Assembly (NCBI GenBank): GCA_945788675.1
Contig: CALZMY010000204.1
Coordinates: forward strand, 1-63,111
Direction of reading: 5' to 3'
DNA length: 63,111 nt
Source: an uncultured Gammaproteobacteria bacterium
GTDB lineage: Bacteria; Pseudomonadota; Gammaproteobacteria; SZUA-140
Of the stretch, positions 29,716-45,189 are shown piece by piece. Position 1 is the stretch's first letter. The number at the start of each line of letters is the position of its first letter. The translations under genes were made by a program, and so were the position numbers. The notes under the pieces are model-generated. The model was given only the letters and a program-made list of their open reading frames with translations, was not told the origin of the DNA and searched no databases.

Positions 29716-29994
29716 CTACAGCTGTTTCCCTTGTTGACATTTTTTAGCATACACCATTTCAAGACTACATCCATTGGCTTTGCCTTATCATGATGCAGTT
29801 GTGTGTTCCGCAGATAGTTTATGTGCTCTAAAAAGGTATCTTATCCGAGATTACAGCATTATGGATAACTTATTTGCAATATTTTCATGATGCGTATATT
29901 TTTTCACCAAAACTGTTTTAGTACGTTTTTAGCAGCGCAGAATAGGTATATACTGAAACCTGACGATGTGGGCAATAGTGAAGGTAGGAATCAA

Positions 29995-31263
29995 ATGAAA
30001 TCACAACAATCACCACGTTTTATCAGTAATCTGACCAGGAATACATTGGCCTTAATCATGGCCGGCGGGCGTGGTTCACGCCTGAAAGACTTAACCGCCT
30101 GGCGTGCCAAGCCAGCGGTCCCATTTGGCGGAAAGTTTCGTATTATCGATTTTCCATTATCGAATTGTATTAATTCGGGTATACGCCGTATTGGGGTGCT
30201 GACTCAGTACAAAGCGCACTCGTTGATCTTGCATATTCAACATGGCTGGGGCCATTTGCGTGGGGAGTTCGGGGAGTTTGTAGAGTTGTTGCCCGCACAG
30301 CAACGTATTGAGACCTCCTGGTATGCAGGTACGGCGGATTCTATTTATCAAAATCTCGATATTATTCGCAATCACTCACCCGAATATGTGCTCATCCTTG
30401 CCGGTGATCATATTTATAAAATGGATTACGGCGCGATGCTTGCCCGGCATGTGGAAACCGAAGCAGATCTTACGGTGGGCTGTATTGAGGTGCCACTGGA
30501 AAAGGCTTCCGCCTTTGGCGTGATGGGGGTTGAAGAGGATATGCGAATTCGAACGTTTATAGAAAAACCGGATGAGCCAGCGCCGATGCCAGGTCACGAG
30601 GATCATGCGCTGTGCTCGATGGGGATCTACATCTTTAATACAGATTTTCTGTTTGAACAATTGATTCGAGATGCGGACACTCCACGTTCGAGCCGTGATT
30701 TTGGCCATGATATCATCCCTTATGCGATCAAGAATTACTGTGCGTTTGCCTATCCGTTTCAGAATTCAGACACGGGGGTGCAGTCTTACTGGCGCGACGT
30801 GGGAACGGTGGATGCCTTCTGGGAGGCGAACCAGGAGCTGATCGGCGTGACACCAGAGTTGAATCTTTATGACGATCAGTGGCCTATCTGGACCCATCAG
30901 GAGCAGTTGCCGCCGGCAAAATTTATCTTTGATGAAGATGATCGGCGTGGCATGGCGGTGGATTCAATGGTGTCTGGGGGGTGTATTATTTCCGGCGCGG
31001 TAGTACGTCACTCATTACTGTTTTCCAACGTGACAGTTGATGATTGTAGCAAGGTTAATTCATCAGTGATCTTACCGGATGTGCAGATCGGCAAGCATTG
31101 CCGGATCACCCGTGCGATCATCGACATCGGCTGTATTATTCCTGATGGTACGATCATTGGTGAGAATACGGAGAAGGACAAGGAAAAATATCATGTATCC
31201 CCTAACGGTATCGTATTGGTAACATCTGACATGTTAGGCCAGGAACTGCACTATGTCAGGTGA
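29995..31263 (+). CDS. glgC: Glucose-1-phosphate adenylyltransferase.
   Basis: [29 protein letters not shown] and a left-handed beta-helix C-terminus. ATG 29995 is preferred over 29887. Confidence 0.95.
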   Translation: MKSQQSPRFISNLTRNTLALIMAGGRGSRLKDLTAWRAKPAVPFGGKFRIIDFPLSNCINSGIRRIGVLTQYKAHSLILHIQHGWGHLRGEFGEFVELLPAQQRIETSWYAGTADSIYQNLDIIRNHSPEYVLILAGDHIYKMDYGAMLARHVETEADLTVGCIEVPLEKASAFGVMGVEEDMRIRTFIEKPDEPAPMPGHEDHALCSMGIYIFNTDFLFEQLIRDADTPRSSRDFGHDIIPYAIKNYCAFAYPFQNSDTGVQSYWRDVGTVDAFWEANQELIGVTPELNLYDDQWPIWTHQEQLPPAKFIFDEDDRRGMAVDSMVSGGCIISGAVVRHSLLFSNVTVDDCSKVNSSVILPDVQIGKHCRITRAIIDIGCIIPDGTIIGENTEKDKEKYHVSPNGIVLVTSDMLGQELHYVR

Positions 31264-32977
31264 TGTGGCACGTAAAAAACCGTTAAACGTTGTACTCTAC
31301 TGGCATATGCACCAGCCAGATTATCGTGATCTGCGTAATGGTGAGTATCATTTACCGTGGACTTATCTGCACACAATTAAAGACTATGTCGATATGGTCG
31401 CGCACCTGGAGAATCAGCCGCAGGCTCGGGCCGTGGTAAACTTCGCTCCGATCCTGCTCGAGCAGATCCAGGATTATGCACAACAAATGGAGGATCACCT
31501 GCACCATGGTAAGGCGTTGCGTGACCCCTTGCTTGCAGCACTGGCGGATCCGGTTTTACATCTTGATTCGGAGACACGTTTAACGCTAGTAAAAACTTGC
31601 TTACGTGCCAATCGACAACGGTTAATAGAGCGTTTCACTGCCTTTACTACGCTTGCCGATATGGCTGAGACCGCCATCAAGGAACCGCAAATACTTGCTT
31701 ATTACTCTGAACAGTTCTTTATCGATATTCTGGTCTGGTACCACCTGAGCTGGATGGCAGAAACCGTGCGTATGGCTGATCCGCGTATTAAGGCGCTGAT
31801 GAAACAGGAGACTCACTTCACTATTCGTGACCGCCGCAGCCTGGTTGAGCTTATCCATGAGCTGGTCAGCGGGGTGATCGGGCGTTACAGGTCCCTGGCC
31901 GAGACGGGCAGGATTGAGTTGTCGGTGACGCCCTATGCGCATCCGATTCTGCCGCTATTGATTGACCTGAAGAGTGCGCAACAGGCGATGCCAGATGCCG
32001 CAATGCCCTTGTCTCCCGTTTATCCGGGTGGTCTGGAGAGGAGCCGCTGGCATATGGAAAAGGGTCTGGCGGTATTTAAAGAGACCTTTGGTTTTATGCC
32101 TGGCGGTTGCTGGCCCTCTGAGGGAAGTATCAGCGCGGAAACCATCGAATTGATAGACGGATTAGGGCTGAAATGGCTGGCCAGTGGCGAGACTGTGTTG
32201 CGTAAATCCCTGGAAAAATCGGCTGCCAGTAATAGCGAACACTGTGTCGATGAGTGTCTTCAAACGGCGCATCAATATCGCGACAGTGAGGTGGCCTGTT
32301 TTTTTCGCGATGATGGCCTTTCGGATCTGATTGGCTTTAAGTACTCAGACTGGCATGCCGACGACGCCGTGGCAAATCTTATTCACCATCTGGAAAATAT
32401 TGCCGATAGTTGTGCCGACAGACCGGAAGCACTCGTTTCGATTATCCTCGATGGCGAGAATGCCTGGGAATATTACCCTGAGAACGGTTACCACTTCCTC
32501 TCTGCACTCTATGAAAAACTGGTGGAACATGAAGGTATTCAATTAACGACATATAGTGACTATCTCTCGACACATAAGCAACGGACGCGCGTGCAAGAGA
32601 TTGTGGCGGGAAGTTGGGTCTATGGCACGTTCTCAACCTGGATCGGTGAGGCGGATAAGAACCGCGCCTGGGATATGCTGGTGGATGCAAAGAAGGTCTA
32701 TGACCGGGTGATTAAGGAAGGGGTGCTGGATGAGCAACAGCGCCATAATGCGATGATGCAGCTGGCGACCTGCGAAAGCTCTGACTGGTTCTGGTGGGTG
32801 GGCGAGCACAACTCAGCTGAGTCAGTCTCTGCATTCGACGAGCAGTACCGCATGCACCTGAGTAACCTGTATCAGATACTTGAGGTCGATCCGCCCGAGT
32901 ATCTCTCCAGAGCCTTTTCATTTGGCTGCGGCTCCCCGGCGATGGGCGGTGCAATGTTGCCGGGTAAACAACAGTAG
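31253..32977 (+). CDS. Glycoside hydrolase family 57 protein (alpha-glucan-active, specificity unknown).
   Basis: The five GH57 regions are recognisable: WHMHQPDY; [16 protein letters not shown]; GCWPSEGS (nucleophile Glu); [10 protein letters not shown] (acid/base Asp); CESSDWFWW. It overlaps the glgC end by 11 nt. Confidence 0.85.
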   Translation: MSGDVARKKPLNVVLYWHMHQPDYRDLRNGEYHLPWTYLHTIKDYVDMVAHLENQPQARAVVNFAPILLEQIQDYAQQMEDHLHHGKALRDPLLAALADPVLHLDSETRLTLVKTCLRANRQRLIERFTAFTTLADMAETAIKEPQILAYYSEQFFIDILVWYHLSWMAETVRMADPRIKALMKQETHFTIRDRRSLVELIHELVSGVIGRYRSLAETGRIELSVTPYAHPILPLLIDLKSAQQAMPDAAMPLSPVYPGGLERSRWHMEKGLAVFKETFGFMPGGCWPSEGSISAETIELIDGLGLKWLASGETVLRKSLEKSAASNSEHCVDECLQTAHQYRDSEVACFFRDDGLSDLIGFKYSDWHADDAVANLIHHLENIADSCADRPEALVSIILDGENAWEYYPENGYHFLSALYEKLVEHEGIQLTTYSDYLSTHKQRTRVQEIVAGSWVYGTFSTWIGEADKNRAWDMLVDAKKVYDRVIKEGVLDEQQRHNAMMQLATCESSDWFWWVGEHNSAESVSAFDEQYRMHLSNLYQILEVDPPEYLSRAFSFGCGSPAMGGAMLPGKQQ

Positions 32978-32983
32978 GAACGC

Positions 32984-34477
32984 ATGACTGCAACTTGCGA
33001 AGTTTCCACTATTCTCAAACAGCGTAGTGTTGGAGTGTTACTCCACCCAACCTCTTTGCCAGGGCCGTTAGAAAATGGTGATATCGGTCATGCGGCGTAC
33101 CGCTTTATCGAGTTTTTACATGGTTGTGGCATTAAGGTGTGGCAGATGTTGCCACTGGGTCCCACGCACGAAGACAGATCACCTTATCAGTGCCTGTCGG
33201 CACATGCCGGTAGTCCTGCACTGATTAGCCTCGACTGGTTGGTCGATCGGGGGTGGCTGGATCTGGAGTGCGTAAATCACGCGAAAACAGATGAGCATTA
33301 TCGAGTGCAGTGCCTACAACAGGCCAGGGCTTTATTTTATACGCGCACGGACGAGGAGTGGTTATCGCGTCTGGATGCCTTTAAGCAGAAGCATATTGAC
33401 TGGCTAGAGGACTATGCGCTGTTCATCGCCTTGAAGCAGAAATACCATGGGCAGCCCTGGTTCGAGTGGCCAGCGGCATTGTGCCATCGGGACGCACAGG
33501 CGATGATGGAATTTACTGAGCAACTGGCTGATGAAATTGCTCAGGTCATTTTTGAACAGTTCGTGTTTTTTACCCAATGGCACGAGGTGCGTGAATATGC
33601 GGCGCGTCATAATGTGGAACTGTTTGGCGATATGCCGATTTTTGTCGCCCATGATAGTGCGGATGTCTGGGCGAGGCGTAGCAATTTCCTGATGAATGAG
33701 AATGGAGAGATGTCCTATGTTGCCGGAGTACCGCCGGATGCCTTTTCTGAGACGGGGCAGCGCTGGGGAAACCCACTCTATGACTGGGAATATATGCGTG
33801 ATAACGATTTTGATTGGTGGAAAAGTCGCTTTGCGACCCAGCTGGAACTATTTGACCTGATACGGATCGATCATTTCCGTGGACTGGAGGCTTGCTGGAC
33901 GATTCCGGCGGATGAAGCGACAGCGATGCATGGTCATTGGGAGAAAGCACCCGGTGATGAGCTGTTATCGGCGCTGTTTGAGCGCTTTCCACATTTGCCA
34001 CTGGTAGCGGAAGACCTCGGTGTGATCACCGATGAGGTGATCGCGCTTAAGAATCGTTTTAGTCTGCCTGGCATGAAGGTGTTGCAGTTTGCCTTTGATG
34101 GTAATACCGAGAACCCACATCTGCCACACCGGCATCGTAGCCATGACCTGATTTATACGGGTACACATGATAATGATACGACGTTGGGTTGGGTCAATAA
34201 TGAAAATAGCTATAATAGCGAATTCCTTGAGGCCTATACTGGCTGTGATGGTCTGTCAGCAGAGGAAAAGGTGCTGGTGATGTTGCGGATGGCGATGTCT
34301 TCCGTCTCCTTCCTGTGTGTGGTGCCGATGCAGGATCTGCTGATGCTGGACTCGGAGGCGAGGATGAATGTCCCCGGTACGCAGGATGGTAACTGGCAAT
34401 GGCGCTTTGAGTGGCAACAGGTTAAACCTGAAATGATTAACAGCGTAAAGCAATATATATATTTGTATCAGAGGTAA
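32984..34477 (+). CDS. malQ: 4-alpha-glucanotransferase (amylomaltase, GH77).
   Basis: GVLLHPTSLPG, GDMPIFVAHDSADVW, IRIDHFRG, VAEDLGVIT and YTGTHDNDT. Confidence 0.93.
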   Translation: MTATCEVSTILKQRSVGVLLHPTSLPGPLENGDIGHAAYRFIEFLHGCGIKVWQMLPLGPTHEDRSPYQCLSAHAGSPALISLDWLVDRGWLDLECVNHAKTDEHYRVQCLQQARALFYTRTDEEWLSRLDAFKQKHIDWLEDYALFIALKQKYHGQPWFEWPAALCHRDAQAMMEFTEQLADEIAQVIFEQFVFFTQWHEVREYAARHNVELFGDMPIFVAHDSADVWARRSNFLMNENGEMSYVAGVPPDAFSETGQRWGNPLYDWEYMRDNDFDWWKSRFATQLELFDLIRIDHFRGLEACWTIPADEATAMHGHWEKAPGDELLSALFERFPHLPLVAEDLGVITDEVIALKNRFSLPGMKVLQFAFDGNTENPHLPHRHRSHDLIYTGTHDNDTTLGWVNNENSYNSEFLEAYTGCDGLSAEEKVLVMLRMAMSSVSFLCVVPMQDLLMLDSEARMNVPGTQDGNWQWRFEWQQVKPEMINSVKQYIYLYQR

Positions 34478-34480
34478 GGT

Positions 34481-38607
<4,127 letters not shown>

Positions 38608-38929
38608 TTATGCTCTATCGCTTTTTTATCATTATGCACAATGGAGACCAGATTACCACTTTGTCTTTCGTAAGGCGAACTAGCTCACGAAGTCTGGAGA
38701 GCCAGGATCCGGCTGGGTAAAAAATTTATGTTCAGAAATGATGAAAAGATTAAAAAACCGGGTATTTACTGTGTGCATAGGGCGCTTTGCCTTGTACTAT
38801 ATATAGACCAATGAAGCATAGAGTGGATAGCGTTCATTGAGTAATGATGTTTTATTGATTCGGTGGAGTGGAGTAGATTTTGCCGGATCGGTAAATATTA
38901 CCGGCTGAATTAAAAAGGATGATTTAAAG

Positions 38930-40591
38930 ATGTCTCGATTAAAGCAGACCCAGGCGTGGTTGGCACTGACGCAACATTATGAGCAAATCAAGCACCTGCA
39001 TATGCGTGACTTGTTTGAGGAAGACCAGCAGAGGTTTGCAAGGTTTTCGTTACACCACAATGATATTCTTTACGACTATTCCAAGAACTGTATTACCGAT
39101 GAGACGGTCGACCTGTTGCTGAAACTTGCACATCAGGCAGAGCTGCCGAGCTGGATTGAGCGATTATTTAGCGGAGATAAGATTAATCACACCGAAAATC
39201 GAGCGGTGTTACATACAGCACTAAGAGACAGGAGCGATACGCCAATTGTACTTGATGGTGTTGATATCGCGCCGGAAATCAAAGCTGAAAGAGCGAAAGT
39301 AACAAGTCTTGCTGAAAAAATTCGCCGTAGAGAATGGCGCGGGGTGTCAGGCCAGCCCATTACTGATGTTGTTAATATTGGCATCGGTGGTTCAAACCTC
39401 GGGCCACTGATGGTCAATGAGGCGTTAAGACCCTATTCCTTGCATGATCTGAATGTGCACTTTGTCTCCAATATTGATGAGAATCACATCAATGAAACAC
39501 TCGAATACCTGGACCCAAAAACGACTTTTTTTATTATCGCCTCGAAGAGCTTTACAACGCAGGACACCATGCTGAATGCCGAAACCGCACGGCAATGGTA
39601 TCTCAGTCTTATTGGTAGTGATGAACAAATTGGTCGTCATTTCTCTGCTGTGACCTCGAATACGAAGCTGGCGATGGAGTTTGGTATTGCCGGTGAAAAT
39701 ATTTTCAAGATGTGGGATTGGGTTGGTGGCCGCTATTCATTGTGGTCGGCTATTGGCTTGTCGACAATGATCGCGATAGGGGCTGAACAGTTTGATGAGT
39801 TGTTAGAGGGTGCCTACGAACTTGATATGCACTTCAGGAAAAGCCCATTGGAACAAAATATTCCGGTGATGATGGCCTTGTTGGGTATCTGGTATAACAA
39901 TTTTTTCGAGGTCCAGGCGACCGCAGTGCTTCCTTATGATCAATATCTGCATCGCTTTGCAGCCTATATGCAGCAGGTTGACATGGAGAGTAACGGAAAA
40001 TACATAGATAGAAGTGGCGATGAGGTCGATTATACGACCGGACCGGTGCTTTTTGGTGAAATAGGAATATCTGGCCAGCACGCCTTTTTTCAACTGTTGC
40101 ACCAGGGAACAAAACTTGTACCGGCCGATATTCTTGCACCGCTTTTTAGTTATCGATGTATCGCACGGCATCACCGCGCATTAATGTCTAATGTGTTTGC
40201 ACAAACAGAGGCATTGATGCGCGGTAAAACAGAGCCGGAAGCTAGACAGGAGTTACAGGATAAGGGGCTAAGTGATGACGCGATTGAGAAACTATTGCCA
40301 TATAAGGTTTTCCCCGGCAACAGACCGACCAGCACATTTTTGTTTGACACGCTAACGCCACGTACCCTGGGCTCTCTGATTGCGATGTATGAACATAAGG
40401 TCTTTGTGCAAGGCGTTATCTGGAATATAAATTCATTTGACCAATGGGGGGTTGAGCTTGGAAAGCAGCTTGCCACAACCATTTCAGATGAGCTGAATGA
40501 TGATGAGCAGGTTGGTACCCATGATTGTTCTACTAATGGACTGATCAACTATTACAAACAGCGCAGGTCATTCAAGCGGAAGCAAAAATAA
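38930..40591 (+). CDS. pgi: Glucose-6-phosphate isomerase.
   Basis: DWVGGRYSLWSAIG, GQHAFFQLLHQGT and NSFDQWGVELGK. Confidence 0.96.
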   Translation: MSRLKQTQAWLALTQHYEQIKHLHMRDLFEEDQQRFARFSLHHNDILYDYSKNCITDETVDLLLKLAHQAELPSWIERLFSGDKINHTENRAVLHTALRDRSDTPIVLDGVDIAPEIKAERAKVTSLAEKIRRREWRGVSGQPITDVVNIGIGGSNLGPLMVNEALRPYSLHDLNVHFVSNIDENHINETLEYLDPKTTFFIIASKSFTTQDTMLNAETARQWYLSLIGSDEQIGRHFSAVTSNTKLAMEFGIAGENIFKMWDWVGGRYSLWSAIGLSTMIAIGAEQFDELLEGAYELDMHFRKSPLEQNIPVMMALLGIWYNNFFEVQATAVLPYDQYLHRFAAYMQQVDMESNGKYIDRSGDEVDYTTGPVLFGEIGISGQHAFFQLLHQGTKLVPADILAPLFSYRCIARHHRALMSNVFAQTEALMRGKTEPEARQELQDKGLSDDAIEKLLPYKVFPGNRPTSTFLFDTLTPRTLGSLIAMYEHKVFVQGVIWNINSFDQWGVELGKQLATTISDELNDDEQVGTHDCSTNGLINYYKQRRSFKRKQK

Positions 40592-40601
40592 CAGGTCTTG
40601 T

Positions 40602-41612
40602 ATGCGAATATTAGCGGGTGATATAGGTGGTACCCATACGCGACTTGTCTATGTACAAGATGACTGCGATCCTTCTATCAGGCATGAAAGGAGCTATGCC
40701 AGTGCTGACTACATGGGTCTTATCGAAGTGATTGAGGCCTTCCTGTCGCATTATGATATTCAAAAACCGCTTGATGCTGCTTGTCTGGCCGTGGCCGGGC
40801 CGGTGATTTCGGGTTACGCGTCGCTCACAAACTTGCCGTGGCAGGTCGGTGAGTCAGAGTTAAGCTCACGCCTGCAGACAGCGCATGTTAGCTTAATTAA
40901 CGATCTTGTTGCGGTGGCCTATGCTATTCCTGGCTTGCAGGATGATGATGTGTTTGTCGTGCAGCCGGGCAAAAGCTGCGCTGGGCCAGAGGCGATATTC
41001 GATGCGGTTGTGATCGGGGCGGGAACAGGCCTGGGGGCTGCGCACCTGGTATGGCAGGGGGATCACTATCACGCCCTTAGTAGTGAAGCAGGGCATGTAG
41101 GGTTTGCCCCGGAGACGGTGATGCAGGAGCAGTTGCTTAGCTGGTTACACCGACAACATGCCCACGTTAGTGTGGAAATGCTGCTCTCCGGTTGTGGCAT
41201 CTATACGCTTTATCAGTTTTTTCGGGATGAACTTGGTCTGTCGGAATCCAGCCTGATCAGGGAGGCGATGCAGAATACCGATCCTGCACGGGTAATCAGC
41301 GAGCATGCTGTGATCGGTGATGATGTCCTCTGCACACAAACATTGGCCAGCTTTATTGAGATTTACGCTGCGGTGGCCGGTGATATAGTGCTGCATCATT
41401 ACCCAGTGAGTGCTGTATATCTGGCGGGTGGTATCGGGCCGAAGCTGCAGAGTCTTCTGGCATGCAGTGCATCGAGCTTTAGCGAGGCATTCACCAATAA
41501 AGGACCTATGCGAGGTAACCTGCAGAAGCTCCCAGTCAAACTGATTATGGACAACAGTCCTGGTCTCGACGGTGCTATCGTTTACGCACGCCAACAATAT
41601 CTATCAGAATAG
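40602..41612 (+). CDS. glk: Glucokinase.
   Basis: ILAGDIGGTHTRL N-terminal ATP motif, GAGTGLG and EAGH. It starts 10 nt after the pgi stop. Confidence 0.9.
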   Translation: MRILAGDIGGTHTRLVYVQDDCDPSIRHERSYASADYMGLIEVIEAFLSHYDIQKPLDAACLAVAGPVISGYASLTNLPWQVGESELSSRLQTAHVSLINDLVAVAYAIPGLQDDDVFVVQPGKSCAGPEAIFDAVVIGAGTGLGAAHLVWQGDHYHALSSEAGHVGFAPETVMQEQLLSWLHRQHAHVSVEMLLSGCGIYTLYQFFRDELGLSESSLIREAMQNTDPARVISEHAVIGDDVLCTQTLASFIEIYAAVAGDIVLHHYPVSAVYLAGGIGPKLQSLLACSASSFSEAFTNKGPMRGNLQKLPVKLIMDNSPGLDGAIVYARQQYLSE

Positions 41613-41745
41613 TCGTTGCCTGTAGCCAGCAGAAACCTGGTACTACGTGGAGCCTACGAACACCCCACGCAGGGTAGTGATTATGCCCGATATTATTATC
41701 ATCGGCGAATTGTAGCGATGGCAATCGATTGTGCCTAAGCAGGCC

Positions 41746-42546
41746 TTATTTAATCTCAATCGATGCGTTATTTCTTAGATCTTCTATATAATCTGCAACC
41801 GCCTTATTTTGCAGGGCAGTCGCCAGTTGTTCTGCAACAGCTTCAAGCGCAGGTGGATCGATGGCGCGTTTTTCATCCAGTTGAATGATGTGCCAGCCAA
41901 AGCGACTCTGTACTGGGGTATTACTATATTCGCCGGGCTTCAATGTGGCGACAACCGCAGCAAATGGAGGGGGCATCTGCTCGCTACCCAGCCAGCCGAG
42001 ATCACCGCCTTCGCTGCTGGAGGGGTCGATGGAACTCGTCCCCGCTAGTTTTTTGAAGTCTTCGCCACGTTTGAGCGCTGCCAGGATGTTGTTGGCATCG
42101 GGCTCACTTTTAACCAGGATATGTCGGGTGTGATATTCATTGCTGCCCTGGCCATACTGTTTGTCGTAAGCCTCTTTGAGTGCAGCCTCTGTCAGTGTTT
42201 TGTCTAAATGGCTTTTGAGGCCATGATTGATGATGACTGATCTTTTTTGCATCTCAAGTTCAGCTTTTACTGCAGCCGATGTATCGATACCGGCTTTTAC
42301 AGCGGCCTTATAGAGTAGCTCGCTGTTGATATACTCCTGCAGTAGCAGCTTTCGCTGCTCCTGGCTGATGGCCCCGTTATGTTGCACTTGTTGTGCGCGC
42401 ATTGTTATATAGCGATTGAAAGTTTCGCTATCTACCGATTTTCCATCGATGACGAGGACAATATCTGTCTCTTCGGCATGTGCACCTGAAAATGAAAGCA
42501 GTGATGCGGAGAGCAAAATAATGGGTAGATGTCTTAGTGATTTCAT
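41746..42546 (-). CDS. Periplasmic parvulin-type peptidyl-prolyl isomerase (PpiC/SurA-like).
   Basis: Signal peptide followed by a chaperone-like N-terminal domain. Rotamase core is HTRHILV...GGDLGW...FGWHIIQL. Confidence 0.85.
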   Translation of the reverse strand: MKSLRHLPIILLSASLLSFSGAHAEETDIVLVIDGKSVDSETFNRYITMRAQQVQHNGAISQEQRKLLLQEYINSELLYKAAVKAGIDTSAAVKAELEMQKRSVIINHGLKSHLDKTLTEAALKEAYDKQYGQGSNEYHTRHILVKSEPDANNILAALKRGEDFKKLAGTSSIDPSSSEGGDLGWLGSEQMPPPFAAVVATLKPGEYSNTPVQSRFGWHIIQLDEKRAIDPPALEAVAEQLATALQNKAVADYIEDLRNNASIEIK

Positions 42547-42642
42547 AATCTATTCCTTTCAACGCTAATGTGTAAGGGTCAGGATGCGAACCGTAACAAA
42601 CGATGCTACAACTGATCGTGGTGATTATTCAAGCTCTGAACC

Positions 42643-42942
42643 TTAGGGTAAAACCTTTTTGAATGGCTTAATGGTGACATTTTCATAAACATCGGCCTTG
42701 ATGTAAGGATCTTGATCCGCCCATACCTGGGCCTCCTGTAGTGAAGGAAATTCGGCCACGATCAGGCTGCCACTGAAACCCGCGCTACCCGGGTCTTCAC
42801 TGTCGATAGCCGGATGCGGGCCTGCGAGTACCAGTCGTCCAGCATCCTTTAATATATTCAATCGTTCGATATGTGCCGGGCGGTTAGCGAGTCGTTTTTC
42901 CAGTGAGTCAGGGACGTCTTCAGCAATAATAGCGTAGAGCAC
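42643..42942 (-). CDS. yciI: YciI family protein.
   Basis: 99 aa. [28 protein letters not shown]...AGPHP is the YciI-like fold signature. The GTG start shares one nt with the yciB stop. Confidence 0.85.
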   Translation of the reverse strand: MLYAIIAEDVPDSLEKRLANRPAHIERLNILKDAGRLVLAGPHPAIDSEDPGSAGFSGSLIVAEFPSLQEAQVWADQDPYIKADVYENVTIKPFKKVLP

Positions 42943-43499
42943 TACGGTTTTTCCCCATTGTTATCATCTTCATCTGCTTTCATGTATCTGGTGAGAAAGG
43001 GGATTTGCAACATAACAAAGGCGAAGGTGAGCCCCATCAGACCAAATAGCTTGAAGTTGACCCAGGTATCAGTATCGAAGTTATAGACCACATAGAGATT
43101 CACAAAACCGATAATGACAAAAAAGAGGATCCAGCTGATATTAAGTTTGAGCCAGATGGGTTGTGGCAGCGTCATCGCCTGCCCCATCATGCGTTGAATG
43201 ATTGTTTTTTCACCGATATAGTGGCTGCCGAGGAAAACGGCACCAAAGACCCAGTTGATGACGGTTGGTTTCCATTTGATGAACATCTCATCCTGTAAAA
43301 ACAGGGTCGCGCCACCAAAGATGACCATAATCGCCAGTGTGACCAGGTGCATGTTTTCGAAGCGGCGATGCTTAACCCAGTGAATGGTGACCTGTGCAAA
43401 CGAGGCGGCTATCGCGACAGCCGTGGCGACGTAAATATCGTAAGCCTTATAGGCGATAAAAAAGAGTAAAACCGGGAAAAAATCGGCAAGAAATTTCAT
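42942..43499 (-). CDS. yciB: Intracellular septation protein A (YciB/IspZ).
   Basis: [19 protein letters not shown]-terminus and five TM helices. Confidence 0.9.
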   Translation of the reverse strand: MKFLADFFPVLLFFIAYKAYDIYVATAVAIAASFAQVTIHWVKHRRFENMHLVTLAIMVIFGGATLFLQDEMFIKWKPTVINWVFGAVFLGSHYIGEKTIIQRMMGQAMTLPQPIWLKLNISWILFFVIIGFVNLYVVYNFDTDTWVNFKLFGLMGLTFAFVMLQIPFLTRYMKADEDDNNGEKP

Positions 43500-43625
43500 A
43501 AGCGTTGTAAGGTTTTGTTCGGTTCTGAATAAGCTAATTAAATGATAGTCAGCGTATTATTTGCAGACGTGGCATAATGCGCCGTTGGGAACCGAGTATA
43601 GCACGCGAAAACAGGAAACAAGGTC

Positions 43626-44459
43626 TTGTCCTCAATTTGTTATGATCTTCACAGTCACTCAACCGCCTCTGATGGCGTATTGAGTCCAGCAGCACTGGTG
43701 CGCCTGGCTGCGGAGAATGGAGTCGATGTGCTGGCGCTGACGGATCACGATAGCACCGACGGTCATGCAGAAGCTGCCGCGGCGGCAGATGAAGTGGGGA
43801 TTCATTTCGTCCCGGGTATCGAGATCTCGGTGAGTTGGCGTAAACGATTGATTCATGTCGTCGGTCTGGGAGTTGATGGGAATTTTACCGAGCTTCAGGA
43901 GGGGTTGGTCCACCTGCGGATAAAGCGGCAACAACGTGCAGAGGCGATTGGTGCTCGTTTTGAGAAAATCGGTATGCCGGATGTTTATGCCGGTGCGTGC
44001 GCATTGGCTGGTGGGGTGGTGGGTCGTTTGCATTTTGCCATGTATCTGGTGGAGCAGGGAGAAGCGCGCGACATTCAGCAGGCCTTCAAAAAGTATCTGT
44101 TGAAGGGCAAGCGCTGTTATGTGCCGTGCGAATGGGCTTCATTAGAGGACGCACTTGGCTGGATTCACGGTGCAGGTGGGCAGGCGGTGGTGGCGCACCC
44201 GGCGCGTTACAAGATGAGCCGCACGCTGTTTCGGGAATTTCTGGTCGATTTCAAGGCGCTGGGTGGGGCAGCACTGGAGGTGGCCTGTAGTAGTCACAGT
44301 GCTGAAGAGGCGCGCCTCATGGCGGGTTATGCCGATGAGCTTGGCTTGTTGGCTTCAGTTGGTTCCGATTTTCATTCGCCACATAATAGCTGGGCAAAGC
44401 TGGGGCAGTTGCATCCTTTACCGGATGGGTGTCAGCCAGTCTGGCATGACTGGAAATGA
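43626..44459 (+). CDS. yciV: PHP-domain phosphoesterase (TrpH/YciV, RNase AM-like).
   Basis: YDLHSHSTASDG, ALTDHD and GGQAVVAHP motifs. TTG start. Confidence 0.85.
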   Translation: MSSICYDLHSHSTASDGVLSPAALVRLAAENGVDVLALTDHDSTDGHAEAAAAADEVGIHFVPGIEISVSWRKRLIHVVGLGVDGNFTELQEGLVHLRIKRQQRAEAIGARFEKIGMPDVYAGACALAGGVVGRLHFAMYLVEQGEARDIQQAFKKYLLKGKRCYVPCEWASLEDALGWIHGAGGQAVVAHPARYKMSRTLFREFLVDFKALGGAALEVACSSHSAEEARLMAGYADELGLLASVGSDFHSPHNSWAKLGQLHPLPDGCQPVWHDWK

Positions 44460-44521
44460 TCATTTTCTCTCATTTAGACTTAATTTAAAATATAACAATA
44501 ATTTATCAGGTCATTGTTTAA

Positions 44522-45142
44522 ATGAAGTATCTTCGAATTCATGGCGAAACGCCTCAGCTGCGCCTGATCAATCAGGCGGTGGCGGTAATTCGTAGTGGTG
44601 GGGTGATCGTTTATCCCACTGATTCCTGTTATGCACTGGGGTGCGAGATCGGCAACAAGTTGGCGATGGACCGCATTCGTCGTATTCGAGCACTGGATGA
44701 AAATCACAATTTTACCTTGATCTGCCGTGACCTTTCGGAGCTATCCACTTATGCGCGTGTTGATAATCGAGTGTTTCGACTGCTGAAGTCGCTGACTCCG
44801 GGACCGTACACCTTCATTCTTGAGGCCTCACGTGAGGTGCCGCGTCGCCTGCAGCATCCCAGGCGAAAGAGTATCGGGTTACGCGTGCCGCAGCACCCGA
44901 TTGCGCAAGCGTTACTGGAGGCGATGGGTGAGCCGATGATGAGCGTTACGATGACGTTGCCGGGTGATGAAACGCCACTGACAGATCCTGAAGAGATGTC
45001 TGAGCAGCTTGGCAAGCAGGTTGACCTGATTGTCGATGGCGGCTGGGGTGGTTATGAGCCGAGTACTGTGATCGACCTGACAGGGGAAGCGCCAGTAGTG
45101 GTGCGTCGTGGTAAGGGCGACCCTTCGGTAGTGGAAGGCTGA
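44522..45142 (+). CDS. yciO: Sua5/YciO/YrdC/YwlC family protein (YciO-like).
   Basis: 206 aa with YPTDSCYALGC, PGPYTFIL and STVIDL. Confidence 0.85.
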   Translation: MKYLRIHGETPQLRLINQAVAVIRSGGVIVYPTDSCYALGCEIGNKLAMDRIRRIRALDENHNFTLICRDLSELSTYARVDNRVFRLLKSLTPGPYTFILEASREVPRRLQHPRRKSIGLRVPQHPIAQALLEAMGEPMMSVTMTLPGDETPLTDPEEMSEQLGKQVDLIVDGGWGGYEPSTVIDLTGEAPVVVRRGKGDPSVVEG

Positions 45143-45189
45143 CGTTTTAATGATTAAAATCGTCGTTCTAATAAGGTTATAATTGTCGC

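Noticed and set aside
29716-29994. Candidate sigma-70 promoters in the glgB/glgC divergent region (TTGACA at 29734; TTGCAA at 29874).
   Set aside because: The corresponding -10 hexamers are weak (TTTCAA) or at suboptimal spacing (TATATT at 15 nt). The support is too thin to annotate as features.
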